In this document: positions 1 through 15,702 of the stretch, piece by piece
Numbering within the stretch: position 1 is the stretch's first letter
How the letters are laid out: each line of letters opens with the position of its first letter
DNA from: Eledone cirrhosa
Taxonomy: Eukaryota
DNA length: 64,000 nucleotides
Assembly: GCA_964016885.1 (NCBI GenBank)
Contig: OZ024748.1
Span: forward strand, 2,790,001-2,854,000
Reading direction: 5' to 3'
Made by a program: the position numbers and the translations under genes
Notes under the pieces: generated by a model
The model's database searches: none
Told to the model about the DNA's origin: nothing
The model's input: only the letters and a program-made list of their open reading frames with translations

Positions 1-280
1 TATATATATATATATATATATACACATACAAAAAGAGAGGGAAAGTGAGTTCGAAGCGCTATCATAACAAAACAAAATACTATGTGACATCTAAGATGTA
101 TGTCTTAGATGTATGTCTTCAATATTCATCTATTGTTTAAAACATCATAATACATGGACAACATGTTAATATGTTAATCAGTATAATGTATATTTATATA
201 AACACTGTCGCTGTTTAAATAAACATTGATGTTGATACACGTATCTTTTAATACAAACTAGGTTGCTTACACAAAATCTG

Positions 281-316
<36 letters not shown>

Positions 317-342
317 AACCTACAGTAACTGCACATTACATT

Positions 343-425
<83 letters not shown>

Positions 426-427
<2 letters not shown>

Positions 428-600
428 GGGTGTCCAAAAAATGTATATACAAAGGCTGTGTATTCTAATGAATATTGCCTGTACAGGTAATCAAAGTGTG
501 TATATATTTTTCTGGGAAAAGTGTATATACAAAGGCTGTGCATTTATAATAAATATGCCTGCACAGGAAATCAAAGTGTGTATACATCTTTTGGGACTCT
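426..600. mobile_element. Tc1/mariner-type MITE (CAGGGTGTCC... TIR family), with internal duplication
   Basis: Starts CAGGGTGTCCAAAAAATGTATATAC; degenerate inverted end GTGTATACATCTTTTGGGACTCT; next to (TA)n; same family recurs about 10 times in the window. Confidence 0.7.
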
Positions 601-602
601 CA

Positions 603-646
<44 letters not shown>

Positions 647-760
647 ACACCGTATCATAAGTGTTCGTATTCGTTCATACTTTTGACAGTATATTATCTA
701 TTTAAACGTTATTTCTTGTCATATATATATATATATATTAGCTATATATATATATATTAG

Positions 761-906
<146 letters not shown>

Positions 907-1125
907 GTGGGTAGGTATTCCTCACAATATAATGTTTTGAGAAAAGGTTTTAAAGTCAAATTGAAATCTAATGTATGTATAAAGTGTATAATATCTACAT
1001 TTATAAGATTATATGTGTGTTTAATAGAGTATATAACTATCTATCTGTAGATCTGTCTCGGCATGTATGTTTGTTTGCTGCAGATTTGTAATATATACAC
1101 CACTTACATACAAACATAACACATA

Positions 1126-1430
1126 CAGAATGTCCCGAAAAATATATATACGTATTTATTAGAATGCTGTTGAAGTGTGTATACATTTTTGGGGACACCC
1201 TGTATATATGCATAGTATAGGTGATTCACTAAATTACTGGAGGTGGTACCAATATGAGCACTCAATACATCAAAAAAATGTTTCGTTTCCGTTTTTATTG
1301 TAAACGAAACTTTATTGTTCTTCCTATATATATAGGGTGTCCGCCAAAAATGTATACATACTTTGGTTGCCTGTACAGACAATATTTATTAGAATGCAGC
1401 TGGAGTGTATACACATTTTTTGAGACATCC

Positions 1431-1432
<2 letters not shown>
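1126..1432. mobile_element. Two short Tc1/mariner MITE copies (1126-1202, 1333-1432)
   Basis: TIRs (C/T)AGGGTGTCC(G)CCAAAAATGTATAC ... GTATACA(C)ATTTTT(T)G(G/A)GACA(C/T)CCTG. Confidence 0.7.
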
Positions 1433-1504
<72 letters not shown>

Positions 1505-1626
1505 TAACAGATTAAAGTATTTATCTAGTACTGAAATAAATATTTCCTCTACGGTTCTTATATATCTGATATATATTTATCCTTATCGAGCCCTCTTTGG
1601 ATTTTACTCTTCTCATTTATTATTAT

Positions 1627-1726
<100 letters not shown>

Positions 1727-1803
1727 GTACAATTGACTCCTACGTTTGTTTGTTCTTTGCAACTATATATATATAATATATTATATTATATATACATATA
1801 TAT

Positions 1804-1873
<70 letters not shown>

Positions 1874-2053
1874 TATATAGATATATATATACACCTTGTG
1901 TTTCATCGGATTAAATATATAAGGTATTGTTTCATACGTAATATATATTATTTCAGTATTATAAATTTTTCTATATAATAAAATATTTTATGTATGTTTT
2001 TTTATAGTTTCGTCAATTTACAAACATACTTGCTACATAGTTATATACACCAA

Positions 2054-2212
2054 AGAGTACTCAATACCGAAGAAGAGATTTAATATTCATTTGATTAAGG
2101 CTAAATAGTGAGTCTTGTTACTCTGGAGTTTCGTTTGTATATCACAGGGTCTTGTTTGATGATAAACTCCAGAGTAATAAGACTTACTATTTAGCCTTAA
2201 TAAAATGAATAT
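2054..2212. mobile_element. Fold-back PLE-like remnant with degenerate hammerhead (family also at 32003-32105)
   Basis: Inverted arms 2083-2131 / 2164-2212; GTCTTGT-TTGATGA...AACTC CA GAGT A-ATAAGAC gives stem I, stem III and a GUA triplet, with stem II deleted. Confidence 0.6.
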
Positions 2213-2372
2213 ATATACATACAAATATATATATATATATCAAATTGCGATATTATCTGTGTATAAAGGGTATATATATTGCATAGCTTTTAATAATATA
2301 TTTTTGTAAATTATGAAGACACACACATGTTTGTTTGTATATACACGCAGAAATCAATATATACATACACAC

Positions 2373-2463
<91 letters not shown>

Positions 2464-2573
2464 TACTAAAAAATATATATACATTATAATATTGCTATAT
2501 TGTTTATAGTAATTGTGTAATAAAATATTATTGTCGATGTTTTTATAAATATTAGCTCGGCTCATGGTCCGTC

Positions 2574-2611
<38 letters not shown>

Positions 2612-2663
2612 ACATGCACAGAACATATATACAGAATCAAACGCTTATTCGACTATCACAAGT

Positions 2664-2754
<91 letters not shown>

Positions 2755-2958
2755 CACCACGTCATTGGTGTGGATGTCTGAATATTATTACGTATTATGT
2801 AATAATACAAAAAAGCCGAGGGAATATTACTTTGTGAATATCAAAGAAATTACGTATTTTTCCAAGCTAAGTCATATATATATTTATATATATACATACA
2901 TACATAAATATGTACCTATATATATATACATATATACATACATACATACATATGTACC

Positions 2959-3008
<50 letters not shown>

Positions 3009-3087
3009 GTATATATATTTGTGTTTTTAAGCGCACCCCGATTCTTGCGTAATATGATCGTGATTGTGTACGACAGTATATATATAC

Positions 3088-3157
<70 letters not shown>

Positions 3158-3216
3158 TTAATCACGGCGTTTACTTTAGTTTTCTACTTCTATGTGTGTT
3201 GCTTTTACCTTATATA

Positions 3217-3252
<36 letters not shown>

Positions 3253-3531
3253 TATATATATATATATATATTAATATATATATATATATATATTAATATA
3301 TATATATATATATATATATCATACACGCGTGTATAGATGGTAGCAGTCATTTTTGTTTCTATTGTAAAGAAACTGGACATGAATACATGTGTCTGTGTCA
3401 ACACACGCACACACGCACAAGATGACACACACACACGCACAAGATGACACACACACTCACGGAATCCTTTGATATGGATCACACACACACGCATATATAT
3501 ATATATGTGTGTGTATATATATATATATATA

Positions 3532-3630
3532 CAGGATGTCCCCAAAAAATGTATACACACTTTGATTACCAGTACAGGCAATATTTATTAGAATGCTTTT
3601 GAAGTGTATACATTTTGGAGGGATACCCTG
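3532..3630. mobile_element. Tc1/mariner MITE
   Basis: TA-CAGGATGTCCCCAAAAAATGTATACAC ... GTGTATACATTTTGGAGGGATACCCTG-TA. Confidence 0.8.
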
Positions 3631-3652
3631 TATATATATATGTATATATATG

Positions 3653-3721
<69 letters not shown>

Positions 3722-3728
3722 GTATATA

Positions 3729-3839
<111 letters not shown>

Positions 3840-3840
3840 G

Positions 3841-3897
<57 letters not shown>

Positions 3898-4183
3898 ATA
3901 TATATATATATGAACAGATATATACATTTTTTTCATAATATATGGTGGGGGGAGGGGGATACTTACTAGCACAAGCTTGTGTGTGGTGGCGTGTATGTGT
4001 GTGGTGAAGTGTATGTATGTGTGTGTGGCTATGATTGTGGGTGTGTGTGTGGCTATGATTGTGTATGTGTGTGTGTGTGGCTATGATTGTGTGTTTGTGT
4101 GTGTGGCTATGATTATGTGTTATGATTGTGTATGTGTGTGTGTGTGGCTATGATTGTGTGTTTGTGTGTGTGGCTATGATTAT

Positions 4184-4229
<46 letters not shown>

Positions 4230-4233
4230 CTAT

Positions 4234-4269
<36 letters not shown>

Positions 4270-4989
4270 CTATGATTGTGTGTGGCTATGTAGTAGTTTA
4301 ATATGTAAGAGCCTTGCCAGAGAATATGCTTTATGTCACGGAATGAGTATTTCAGGTATCTCTGTACTGATTCCAGAAATTCCAGTGGCGGGGTAAAGCT
4401 GGTGAAACGGTTTATTAAATCGTACCCCGTACTTATTGACCCCTACCTTATTTCATTAACTCTGTATGAGTAAGAATGGAAATTTTACCTGGACGGTATT
4501 TGAACTGACAACCTAAAGATCCGTAACTATGACAAATACAGTCAGGCCTTTCGTTTTATAATGTAAGTATTTGAAACCTTAAAGAAACAACTGCACCAAA
4601 GGGGTCCTTGGTTGATTTTAGACGTTAACAAACAATTTCTAATTTAGGCACAACACCAGAAAATGTTGCAGGAAGGTCAAATTTGATTAAAGTAACCTTA
4701 GTAGATGACTGTTGATTTTTTTTTTTCCGACCCCTTCGGACCCCGGAAGGATAAAAGGCAAAATTGACCTTTGGCGGGATTTGAACTACGAATATAAACC
4801 ACCAAACAACAAATACTACAATGATATTTTATTTAGAAAACATTATCAGGAAACATTTGTATATTATAATATTTAGTATCGAATTAATTCGTGGGTTCTG
4901 CAATTTAAGGGGTCGTTTAATTAAAATTTTATGTAAATTTATTCTTTCTCTTAAAGAGTTTTTCTTTCATTTAATGGCGTATTAATATT

Positions 4990-5195
4990 GGTTTCTGATT
5001 TAGGCACAAGGTCAATAATTTTGGGGAAGGGGAAAGATGATTAAATCTACCCCAGTGCGTTACTGGTACTTTATTTTATCAACCCTGTAAGGATGAAAGG
5101 CAAAGTTAACCTCGGCGGGATTTGAACTCAGAACATAAAGGTACGTAACTATATGCCGCAAAGCATGTTATCCGACGCTCTACCGATACTGCTCT
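4990..5195 (-). mobile_element. tRNA-derived SINE, family S1 (Meta/MESC-like central domain); degraded copies also at about 4400-4545 and 4630-4800
   Basis: Reverse strand has A-box-like GCAGTATCGGTAGAG, B-box GAGTTCAAATCCC, then GCCTTTCATCCTTAC(A/G)GGGT(C/T)GATAAAATAAAGTACCAG. Confidence 0.8.
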
Positions 5196-6253
5196 AAATG
5201 GCGTATTAATATTAAGATGGTGAAGATGTTTCATGAAATATGGTTATGGGTACCGTGAATTTTAGAAAATTATATAAGGGTATTCCCACAAAATAATTTT
5301 GGGGACTTTTTGCCCTAATGCTATATATCCATGGTTAACTACGGTAGTGTCCATGCAGTGGAGTGTGATAGAGGGTTCCAATCACTACCATTGGTGACTG
5401 AGGGGTGGGGGTCACGGTGAGCATTGGACCCCAGAATTTTTATATTCTGTAAGATATCATGTCCGGTAGACATTCCACCACAATTAGACACATACTTTAT
5501 TTATCGACCTCCGGAAAAGGACAAAACCTCATAGAAAGTCAACCAACTTCGCCCTTCGCCGTTCACCCTTCACAGATTGATAAAATAAATTAGAATAAAA
5601 GTATGAATCAAACACTATGAATCGATGTCATCGATTGATTTTCCTTCCTCGACCGTTTGTACGACCCTGTGCCTATAGTGGTAATGTTCTTTATGTTTCG
5701 TGTTCAAATTCCGCTGGGATCGATAGCTGATCCTTTCATCTTAATGGTGTCGTCAAACAAACTATCTCTAATTAACCAACAATCCATTGAAAAACATTTT
5801 CCTCTCTCTTATAAATTTCTGACCTCGTGTCGAATTAGAAAAAAAAAAATAATAATAATAAAAATGTTAATTATTTATTAACACTCGTTAATAAATTAAT
5901 ATATAATTTATTAATGGTATTTAATTAACACTAATGAGTACAAATCACACATTCACACACACAAGCACAAACACGCGCGCTGACGCACACAAGCACACAT
6001 ACATATATATATACAGGCACTCATATACACATACATAGAAGACATACATGTTTACAATTACACATAATTATTTTCACCTTTATGTTTGTTGTTGTTGTTG
6101 AGGTGGTGGTGGTGGTTGAGACAAAGTCCTAGGGTGAATCTCACGGAAGAGATGTGTGATAGAAGACGTTCCACTCCAACGGTGACCATCCATAACTATA
6201 TATACATATAGACACACACAAACACAAGCACACATATATTTATATATAAAAAC

Positions 6254-6299
<46 letters not shown>

Positions 6300-6365
6300 A
6301 GCAGTCGTTAAGAAGTATCGAACTCTGCACATCTCTCTCTCTCCTTCTCTCTCCCCCTCTCACTG

Positions 6366-6474
<109 letters not shown>

Positions 6475-6783
6475 TATATTATATATATACAATGATATTA
6501 AATAAATGGAAATTAATATCATTGAATATTTACTCCAGTAACTTGTTGAGTGCTCTAAATCAGTTATAAACATTTATATTTGTCGGACTTCCAACAAATT
6601 AAATACCCTTTCTACTTATATAATATATATATATATAATATATATATATATATAATATATATATATAATATATAATATATATATATATAATATATATATA
6701 TATATAATATATATATATATAGCAATCAACTGCGGTTAGAATTATTTTCTGCATTTGAGATTTCCACACATTTTCTAAGAATT

Positions 6784-7222
<439 letters not shown>

Positions 7223-7235
7223 GTAGTTGTAGTAA

Positions 7236-7336
7236 TAATTGTTTCTACTTTAGGCACAAGGCCAGCAATTACCCAGTGCATTACTGGTACCTTATTTTAT
7301 CGACCCCGTAAGGATGAAAGTCAAAGTCAACCTCGT
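7236..7336 (-). mobile_element. SINE S1, 5'-truncated
   Basis: GGCACAAGGCCAGCAATTACCCAGTGCATTACTGGTAC...CGACCCCGTAAGGATGAAAG matches other copies. Confidence 0.75.
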
Positions 7337-7442
7337 AATAATAATTATACATACAACAACCAAAAATGCAAATCACCCGCTTAGGGCAAATGCAGAAATC
7401 CTTGCTTAACCTTTCAATCTGTGCCAATGATGTGCGCCCGTG

Positions 7443-7640
<198 letters not shown>

Positions 7641-8235
7641 TACATATATATATATATATATGTATAATGTCATAAAAGTATAGTCATATCAGAAAGTATA
7701 AAAGAAGTTCCAGCCGTATAATATAGTTAAATTCTTCAACTGTCAGTCAGTTTGTCAGTTAACAATACATGTTCAAAATGTATGGATGTCAGTACTAACA
7801 ATAAAAAAGCAACTAATTAATAAATCAATTTTTAACGGAAGTAATAGTGTTATAATATTAAATAGATTTACTATAGACTCAGACTTTGGAGACAGGCTGT
7901 GTATAAATAATTACATAAATGTATAAATAATATATAAACATATAGATATATATGCACGTGTGTATATGTGTGTGTATATATATATATATTGGTATATGTA
8001 TGATAAACGTAGAGAGATTAACATAAAGAAAACGATCAAAATATGTATATATATATATATATAAATATATATATGCATATATATATGTGTATTTATACAT
8101 ATATTGTGTGCGTGTGTGTGCATCAATATATAGTTGAGTGAATACGCACGTACATTTATTTGTCTTTTATGTGTGTATAAATATATATGTGTGTGTATAT
8201 ATATATATATGTGTGTGTGTGTGTATATATATATA

Positions 8236-8282
<47 letters not shown>

Positions 8283-8433
8283 CGGTGATCTCTGATGCAG
8301 AAAAGTACCCACACACAACAGACATATTATGTTGCGAACGCATATTACCAGATAAAAGGACACAGACAATTGAGCGGCAACACATTTGTAAATCACACAC
8401 ACACACACACACACACACCTATATATATTTATG

Positions 8434-8526
<93 letters not shown>

Positions 8527-8782
8527 ATGTGTGTGTGTCTACATACATACATAGATATATATATATATTCATACATTTATATATATGTAAATGTGTGACT
8601 ATATATATATATACATGCGTGCGTATGAGTATATGTGCATATATATATACATATATATATCATATATGTATATATATACATATATATATCATATATGTAT
8701 ACATGCGTGTGTCTATGTATGTATATATAAACGTAATAAATACAAAGACCAAAATCCTGAGATGACTCGATAAAAAGTCGGG

Positions 8783-8853
<71 letters not shown>

Positions 8854-8998
8854 TGTGTGTGCGTGTATGTATATATATATATATATACATATAAAATATG
8901 TGTATGTGTGTGTATGTACATATATATACATATAAAATATGTGTGTATGTGTGTATGTATATATATATATACATATAAAATATGTGTGTATGTGTGTA

Positions 8999-9053
<55 letters not shown>

Positions 9054-9203
9054 TTGTGTGTATGATATCCGTAGGTGAAAGATCAAGGAAAACAATTCTC
9101 CAACTGTTGCAAGAGAACTTATTTAGTATAAGTAATGTGTCATGTGTATAACACATTACTTATACGACATATATATATATATATATAATGGGTAGATTCC
9201 CGA

Positions 9204-9243
<40 letters not shown>

Positions 9244-9255
9244 TATATATATATA

Positions 9256-9454
9256 CAGAAAAAAAATCTTTAAAAATGCATTAAAATAAATTCGGTTTTA
9301 TATGCATTATTTAGATTATATAAACATGTTTGGGTGTTTACATACATTTGAATTATGTCTGTAGATCATTATATTTGGGGGATAGGATGTGAATTCTAAT
9401 AAATATTACCTGTACAGGTAGACAAAGTGTGTATACAATGTTTAGTACACCCTG
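9256..9454. mobile_element. Longer Tc1/mariner MITE variant (homologous to 27222-27433)
   Basis: Shared internal sequence ATTTGAATTATGTCTGTAGAT...GGATGTGAATTCTA.TAAATATTACCTGTACAGGTAGA and terminal ACACCCTG. Confidence 0.7.
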
Positions 9455-9828
9455 TATGCATATATATATTATATATATATATATATTATATATATTTTTT
9501 TTTTTGCGGTGTTGTTTCAGACACACATACATGCATTCATGTCCAGTTTCTTTACAATAGAAAAAATGACTTATACCATCTATACACGCATATATGATAT
9601 ATATATATATATACACACACATGTGTAGTTTTTACCTATATATATATATATAGTCTGCGTGTGTGTACCCGGTTTTAATCGGGGGTAACCACATTAAGTA
9701 AAGTACTCAATACATAGCAGAGTATAACATTTTTTATAAAGAAATTGCTTCTACAGGACTAGAACTATTATATTCGAATGAAACAGTCCTAGTACTGTAG
9801 AAGCCTTTTCTATATGTATATATAGACA

Positions 9829-9864
<36 letters not shown>

Positions 9865-9885
9865 TATATATGTTGTTGTTGTTAC

Positions 9886-10118
9886 AACTGACACCTATGC
9901 AGGTTTTAGCTGACCTCCTCCAAGGTATATCTCGTTGGAGGTGGCTTGGGTGATTTAATGATAGAGACCCCATCATCTCATTTCTACAGCTGAGTAAACT
10001 GGACCAATGTGAAATAAAGTGTCTTGCTCAAGGAAACAACACATCACCCGGTCTGAGAATTGAACTCACAACCTTTCGATTGCAAGCCCAATGCTCTAAC
10101 CACTAAGCCATGTGCCTT
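9886..10118 (-). mobile_element. tRNA-derived CORE-type SINE, family S2
   Basis: Reverse strand: TGGCTTAGTGGTTAGAGC (A box), GAGTTCAATTC (B box), then TCCTTGAGCAAGACACTTTATTTCAC...CTCAGCTGTA (CORE-like). Confidence 0.8.
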
Positions 10119-10350
10119 CTCTCTCTCTCTCTCTCTCACAAACACACACATATATATATATGCAGACACACACACCGTGTGTTGTATTGTAATCAGTCTC
10201 CTCACATTACTATCAAGTTAGTTCCAGCCAAGGTATTTAGTGTGGTCACACCTCTCACCACCACCCTCTTCACTCTCGTTTTAAGTCAATTGTTGCTACT
10301 AGTTGATTTCATTGTTGAATGTGTCAAAAGAAAAATTCGTTCACTCAATT

Positions 10351-10429
<79 letters not shown>

Positions 10430-10598
10430 CACGTGTGAGTGTGTATATATATATATATATAAATAAGGATGAAAGCAGCGATTCTTTGCTTAAACTTTAA
10501 TCTGTTATTTTAATATTTGCTCTAGAGTCCTTATATATTTGATATATATTTTTCCTTATCGAGCCCTCTTTGGATTTTAGTCTTCACATTTTTATTAT

Positions 10599-10661
<63 letters not shown>

Positions 10662-10869
10662 CAAGGTTTCCCCCAAAAATGTACACATAAAGGCAGTGCA
10701 TTCTAATAAATACTGCCTGTACAATTAAAGTGTATGCACACTTTAATTGTGCAAAAATATATGCACACTTTATGCATCAAAAATATATGCACAAAAAATG
10801 CACAAAAAAATATATGCACCAAAAATATATGCACACTTTAATTGTGCATATATTTTTGGGGACACCCTG
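10662..10869. mobile_element. Tc1/mariner MITE with internal TGCACA-rich tandem expansion
   Basis: TA-CAAGGTTTCCCCCAAAAATGTACAC ... TTTTTGGGGACACCCTG-TA. Confidence 0.7.
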
Positions 10870-11089
10870 TATATATATATATTATGTTATATAATGTTAT
10901 ATACATTGCGTGTGTAATATGTGAGTTCTGTTATCTAACATGAATCTATTTTTGTATAACTTTAAACATTCAATTAATACACACACACGTATGTAGGCAC
11001 ATATATATATATATGTATGTATATATGTGTGTGTGTATTATTATTACAGATTACAGTTTAAGCAAATAATTTTTGCTTTGTATTTATTA

Positions 11090-11145
<56 letters not shown>

Positions 11146-11519
11146 CACAGACTTACATACATTCAATTATATTTCCAGATAATTATATATACATTCATGT
11201 AGTACAAAGGCATACATATATATATGTGTGTGTGTATAATACATATATATATACATACATGCAATTCTGAGTACCGTGCCTATATAGATCGTTTCTTTGG
11301 TAACTGGGCAGGCAGATCATATACATGCATAAACTTGCAAATATATGCATATATATATATGTATACATGTGCATATGTATATTGATATATATACAAATAT
11401 ATATATATGAATATATATATATAGACATATATATATGTGTGTGTGTGTATGATTATATACATATGCATGAATGTCTGTACATGTTTGTGTGTTTGAGAAA
11501 GAGAGAGAGAGTGTGTCAA

Positions 11520-12110
11520 TGTGTGTGGCTGTGTTTGTGTCTGCGTGTGTCTATATGTGTGGTTGTGTGCATCAGTATGTGTGTGTGTGTGTGTGTGTGT
11601 GCGTGGCTCTCTGTGTCAGTATCTGTGTCTGTGTGTGTCTATATATATATATATATGTGGGTGTGTATGGGTGTGTGTGTTTGTCAGTATGTGTGTTTGT
11701 GTGTCTATATATGTGTGTGTGTTTGTGTTGGTCTGTGTGTGTATGGTTGCGACTGTATGTGTGTGTCTATATGTGTGGCTGTGTGTATCGGTGTGCGTGT
11801 GTCAGTCTGTGTGTGTATGGTTGCGTCTGTGTATGTGTGTATGGCTGTGTGTGTATGTCTGTGTGTGTATGTCTGTGTGTGTGTGTCTGTGTATGTGTGT
11901 ATGGCTGTGTGTGTGTCTGTGTGTGTGTGTATGTCTGTGTGTGTATGTCTGTGTGTGTGTGTCTGTGTATGTGTGTATGGCTGTGTGTGTGTGTCTGTGT
12001 GTGTGTGTATGTCTGTGTGTGTGTGTCTGTGTATGTGTGTATGTCTGTGTGTGTGTGTCTGTGTATGTGTGTATGGCTGTGTGTGTGTGTCTGTGTGTGT
12101 GTGTATGGCC
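11520..12110. repeat. Compound (GT)n-derived minisatellite (GTGTCTGTGTATGTGTGTATGGCT variants)
   Basis: Direct inspection. Confidence 0.85.
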
Positions 12111-12611
12111 GTGTCAGTCTGTTGACCAGCAAGGAACACAATACCATAGTGTGTGAAGTCAAGGGGAAAAATAGATATGAGAGGGCGAGAAAAAAATGGA
12201 ATAAAAGAATAAGAGAATATAAAAAGAATAAGAGAATATAGAAAGAATAAGAGAATATAGAAAGAATAGGGTGAGAATATAAAAAGAATAGGGTGAGAAT
12301 ATAAAAATATAACAAAGAAGTAAAAGATAAACAATGAAAGAAAGAAAGAATCTAACAAACAAACAGCCTTAATTGGTGATAAATAGGAAAACTCACACAC
12401 AATTATATATGTATATATATTTATATATATATATATATGTGTGTGTGTGTATGAGTGCATGTGCATAAGTATGAATATGTAAAAGTATATATATATATAA
12501 ACACACACATTAATATTCATACATATACACAAGTATATAAATATATGTATACACACACATATATATATATATAGATATGTACACACACACCACACACAGA
12601 CATATATATAT

Positions 12612-12759
<148 letters not shown>

Positions 12760-13134
12760 TACACACCATACACAAACATATATATACATATATATATACA
12801 CACACACACATACACACCATACACAGACATATATATCCACACACACATATATACATAAGCTAAAATGACATCAGACAGTATTTTTTGGACTTAATAACTA
12901 TGGCGGTTTTTTTTTACCGAAAATCCTTTCACTGTATTATTTTCTGCTTCTCCAATTTTGGCACGGCATAAATAGTATTCTTTATTTTGGTTCATGTTAG
13001 CAAATTCTATAATGTAGGCTTTTCTTCAAAGACCTATTCTCTTCAATCACACAATATTGGTTGTTTTACTTTTTGTTCCCTCTATCTTTTGGTTTATTTT
13101 TCATATTTGATAGTTTTAAAAAGAAATATGTGTG

Positions 13135-13206
<72 letters not shown>

Positions 13207-13984
13207 TATATATATGTTTGTGTGAGTATGTGAGCAAGGATGTGAGTGGCTGTGTGTGTGTGTGTGTCTGTGTAAGGTATATTTTTTCGTCGTTCTTTTC
13301 TCTCTCTCTATATATATATATATTTTATATTTATATATATATATATATATATATGTGTGTCTATATATATACATATATATAAATACACATATATATATAC
13401 ACACATATATATACATACATACGTGTGTGTGTGTATAAATGCAATATGCATATATATGTATAACATGTATGTATAAATATATGTACACTATATATATATA
13501 TATAAATACATATAATGATGTAATATGTGCAAAGCCAAACGAAATAGAGAATTTCCCGTCTATATTAACGATTTCAGCGAGGATGTCTGTTACTTGATAT
13601 AATTATACAACACAGTATTATAGAAATATAGAAGTCCCTATTTTATCTGTTGATTATAGACATCCAATAGATAGATGTGATGACAAATGGCCTTCTCATC
13701 TGAAAGCTCGTGTGGTCGATTTCTGGACTTGGGCAGTGCGGTGTGTTTTTTGCGCAAAACGTGTCATTTCACGTTGTGTTCTTGGGAAAGACGCTTTATC
13801 TCATGTTCTTTTTATGATAGGACTGGAGCCCTTACCATTAAAACTTCCGACAAATTTCCCATGAGATATAATTTCGCCTGAGGCCAGCTAAATCTACATA
13901 GATGTGGGCTGTAAATTTCATTTTTTTTTTCATTTCATTTTTTTTTTCATTTCATATAAATTTAGGAGAGAGATAGAAGTAAGT

Positions 13985-14480
13985 TTGCTACATCTGATGA
14001 GCTAGAATTATAAATTTTGGATATATATATGTCGAAGTAGGGTTTATTACAACTCTGGTTAGAATATTAGAGGTACAGGTAGGGCTTGCTACATCTGGTG
14101 AGCTGGGGTTTTAACCTTGCAAAGAATATTAGACTCATGGTTTACTACATCTGGTTAACTGGAGTTATAAACTGTACAGTATTAAATATTAGACTCATGG
14201 TTTACTACATCTGGTTAACTGTAACTATAAACTGTACTACATTAAATATTAGAGACATGTTTTACTACATCTGGTTAGATGGAGATATAAGCTGTACAGA
14301 ATTAAAAATTAGAAACACGGTTTACTACATCTGGTTAACTGGAGCTACGAACTGTACAGTATTAACAATTAGAGACATGGTTTAGTACATCTGGTTAACT
14401 GGGGTTATAAACTGTACACTATTAAATATTAGAGACACGGCTTACTACATCTGGTTAGATGGGGATACATATTATACAGC
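13985..14480. repeat. Diverged 60-bp tandem repeat, about 8 copies
   Basis: Unit TTTACTACATCTGGTTAACTGGAGTTATAAACTGTACAGTATTAAATATTAGACTCATGG recurs in register on consecutive 60-nt lines. Confidence 0.9.
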
Positions 14481-15045
14481 AGAAACTAGAAGAGGATTCC
14501 ATGTATTTATTTGATTTGCTGATTAACTGATGTTACAATAGGGGCAAAATATATTCAGAAGAGTCACTTGCACAATCCTGCTGATTTGAATGAAGGGTGT
14601 ATATACATTTCATTCACTGATTATATTGTAAGATACACCAGATTAAATATGGGGTTTAGTTCAGCTGCTGATAACAGGCTATTAGATGGATCAAGGTTAA
14701 ATATCAGCTTCTTGTTATAGATACCAAGATATCATATCAAACAGTATAGAGGGCGGTAATAGCGGTGGCGGAGGTGGGGAGTCGATGGCTGTGTGTAGTC
14801 CAACTGCTTATTATAGACTGTTCATCATCATCACCATCATCATCATTATCATCATCTTAGCTGATTTTTCTGATCGATCCAAGGAAACCAACACAATGCC
14901 AGATCTCTCGGATCATAATCATCATCATCATCGTCGGTATATGTTACACAAGGGGTAAACATTATTTCATAGATAACACTACAGACGTGGACTACAGTGA
15001 AATAACTTAATTCATACATTATAAATATGACAACTACTTGTAATA

Positions 15046-15133
<88 letters not shown>

Positions 15134-15152
15134 TACATATATATATATATAT

Positions 15153-15285
15153 ACTTTATGATCCTATCTCTATTTTTGTGCTCCTGAAGAAGGGCTAAAG
15201 CCCAACACGTCAAACTTTGTTTTCCCTTTTCCATGTAAAGCGTGAAACTAATAACTTTTTGTACCTCTGTTTTGTTGTTTCCTTG

Positions 15286-15288
<3 letters not shown>
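15153..15288 (+). mobile_element. PLE-like remnant with degenerate hammerhead (homolog 37613-37752)
   Basis: CTGAAGA-AGGGC TAAA GCCC-AACA-CGTC; homolog reads ATTC-CCGAAGA-AGGGT TAAA TCCT-GACA-CGTC-GAAT; both abut (TA)n. Confidence 0.6.
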
Positions 15289-15336
<48 letters not shown>

Positions 15337-15339
<3 letters not shown>

Positions 15340-15526
15340 GATGAAAGCGCACCATAATTTGCCTTGGTTGCCCTTGAAATTTGTATAATAAAATAAATAT
15401 GGTTTTATAAATATAGTTTCCATTTATTAATATATTGTGTATTTACTCCACTAAACTGTTGAGTGCTTTATATCAGTTATAAAAAATGTTAAGCTTGTTG
15501 AATCCCAACAAATTAAATATAACCTC

Positions 15527-15528
<2 letters not shown>
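15337..15528 (+). mobile_element. PLE-like remnant, hammerhead family shared with 45945-46233, 61020-61135 and 6500-6612
   Basis: CTGATGA...GAAATTTGTATAATAAAAT followed by the shared tail ATAGTTTCCATTTATTAATAT; flanked by (TA)n. Confidence 0.65.
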
Positions 15529-15593
<65 letters not shown>

Positions 15594-15702
15594 TAGGATA
15601 TATACACACCTCCATATAATCATCTAAATATTTGTACATCAATAGGAAATTATTTTTTTTAGTATTGTTGTATGTTATCTTCGTGGTAAACATCTTCTCC
15701 TT

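Noticed and set aside
5330-5420. Short ORF MVNYGSVHAVECDRGFQSL
   Set aside because: Too short, no splice signals or recognisable domain.
10040-10118. tRNA-like sequence
   Set aside because: Continues directly into a CORE-like SINE body; it is a SINE head, not a tRNA gene.
13994-14030. CTGATGA motifs here and at 39950(-), 45580(-) and 50346
   Set aside because: No convincing GAAA plus stems I-III could be built.
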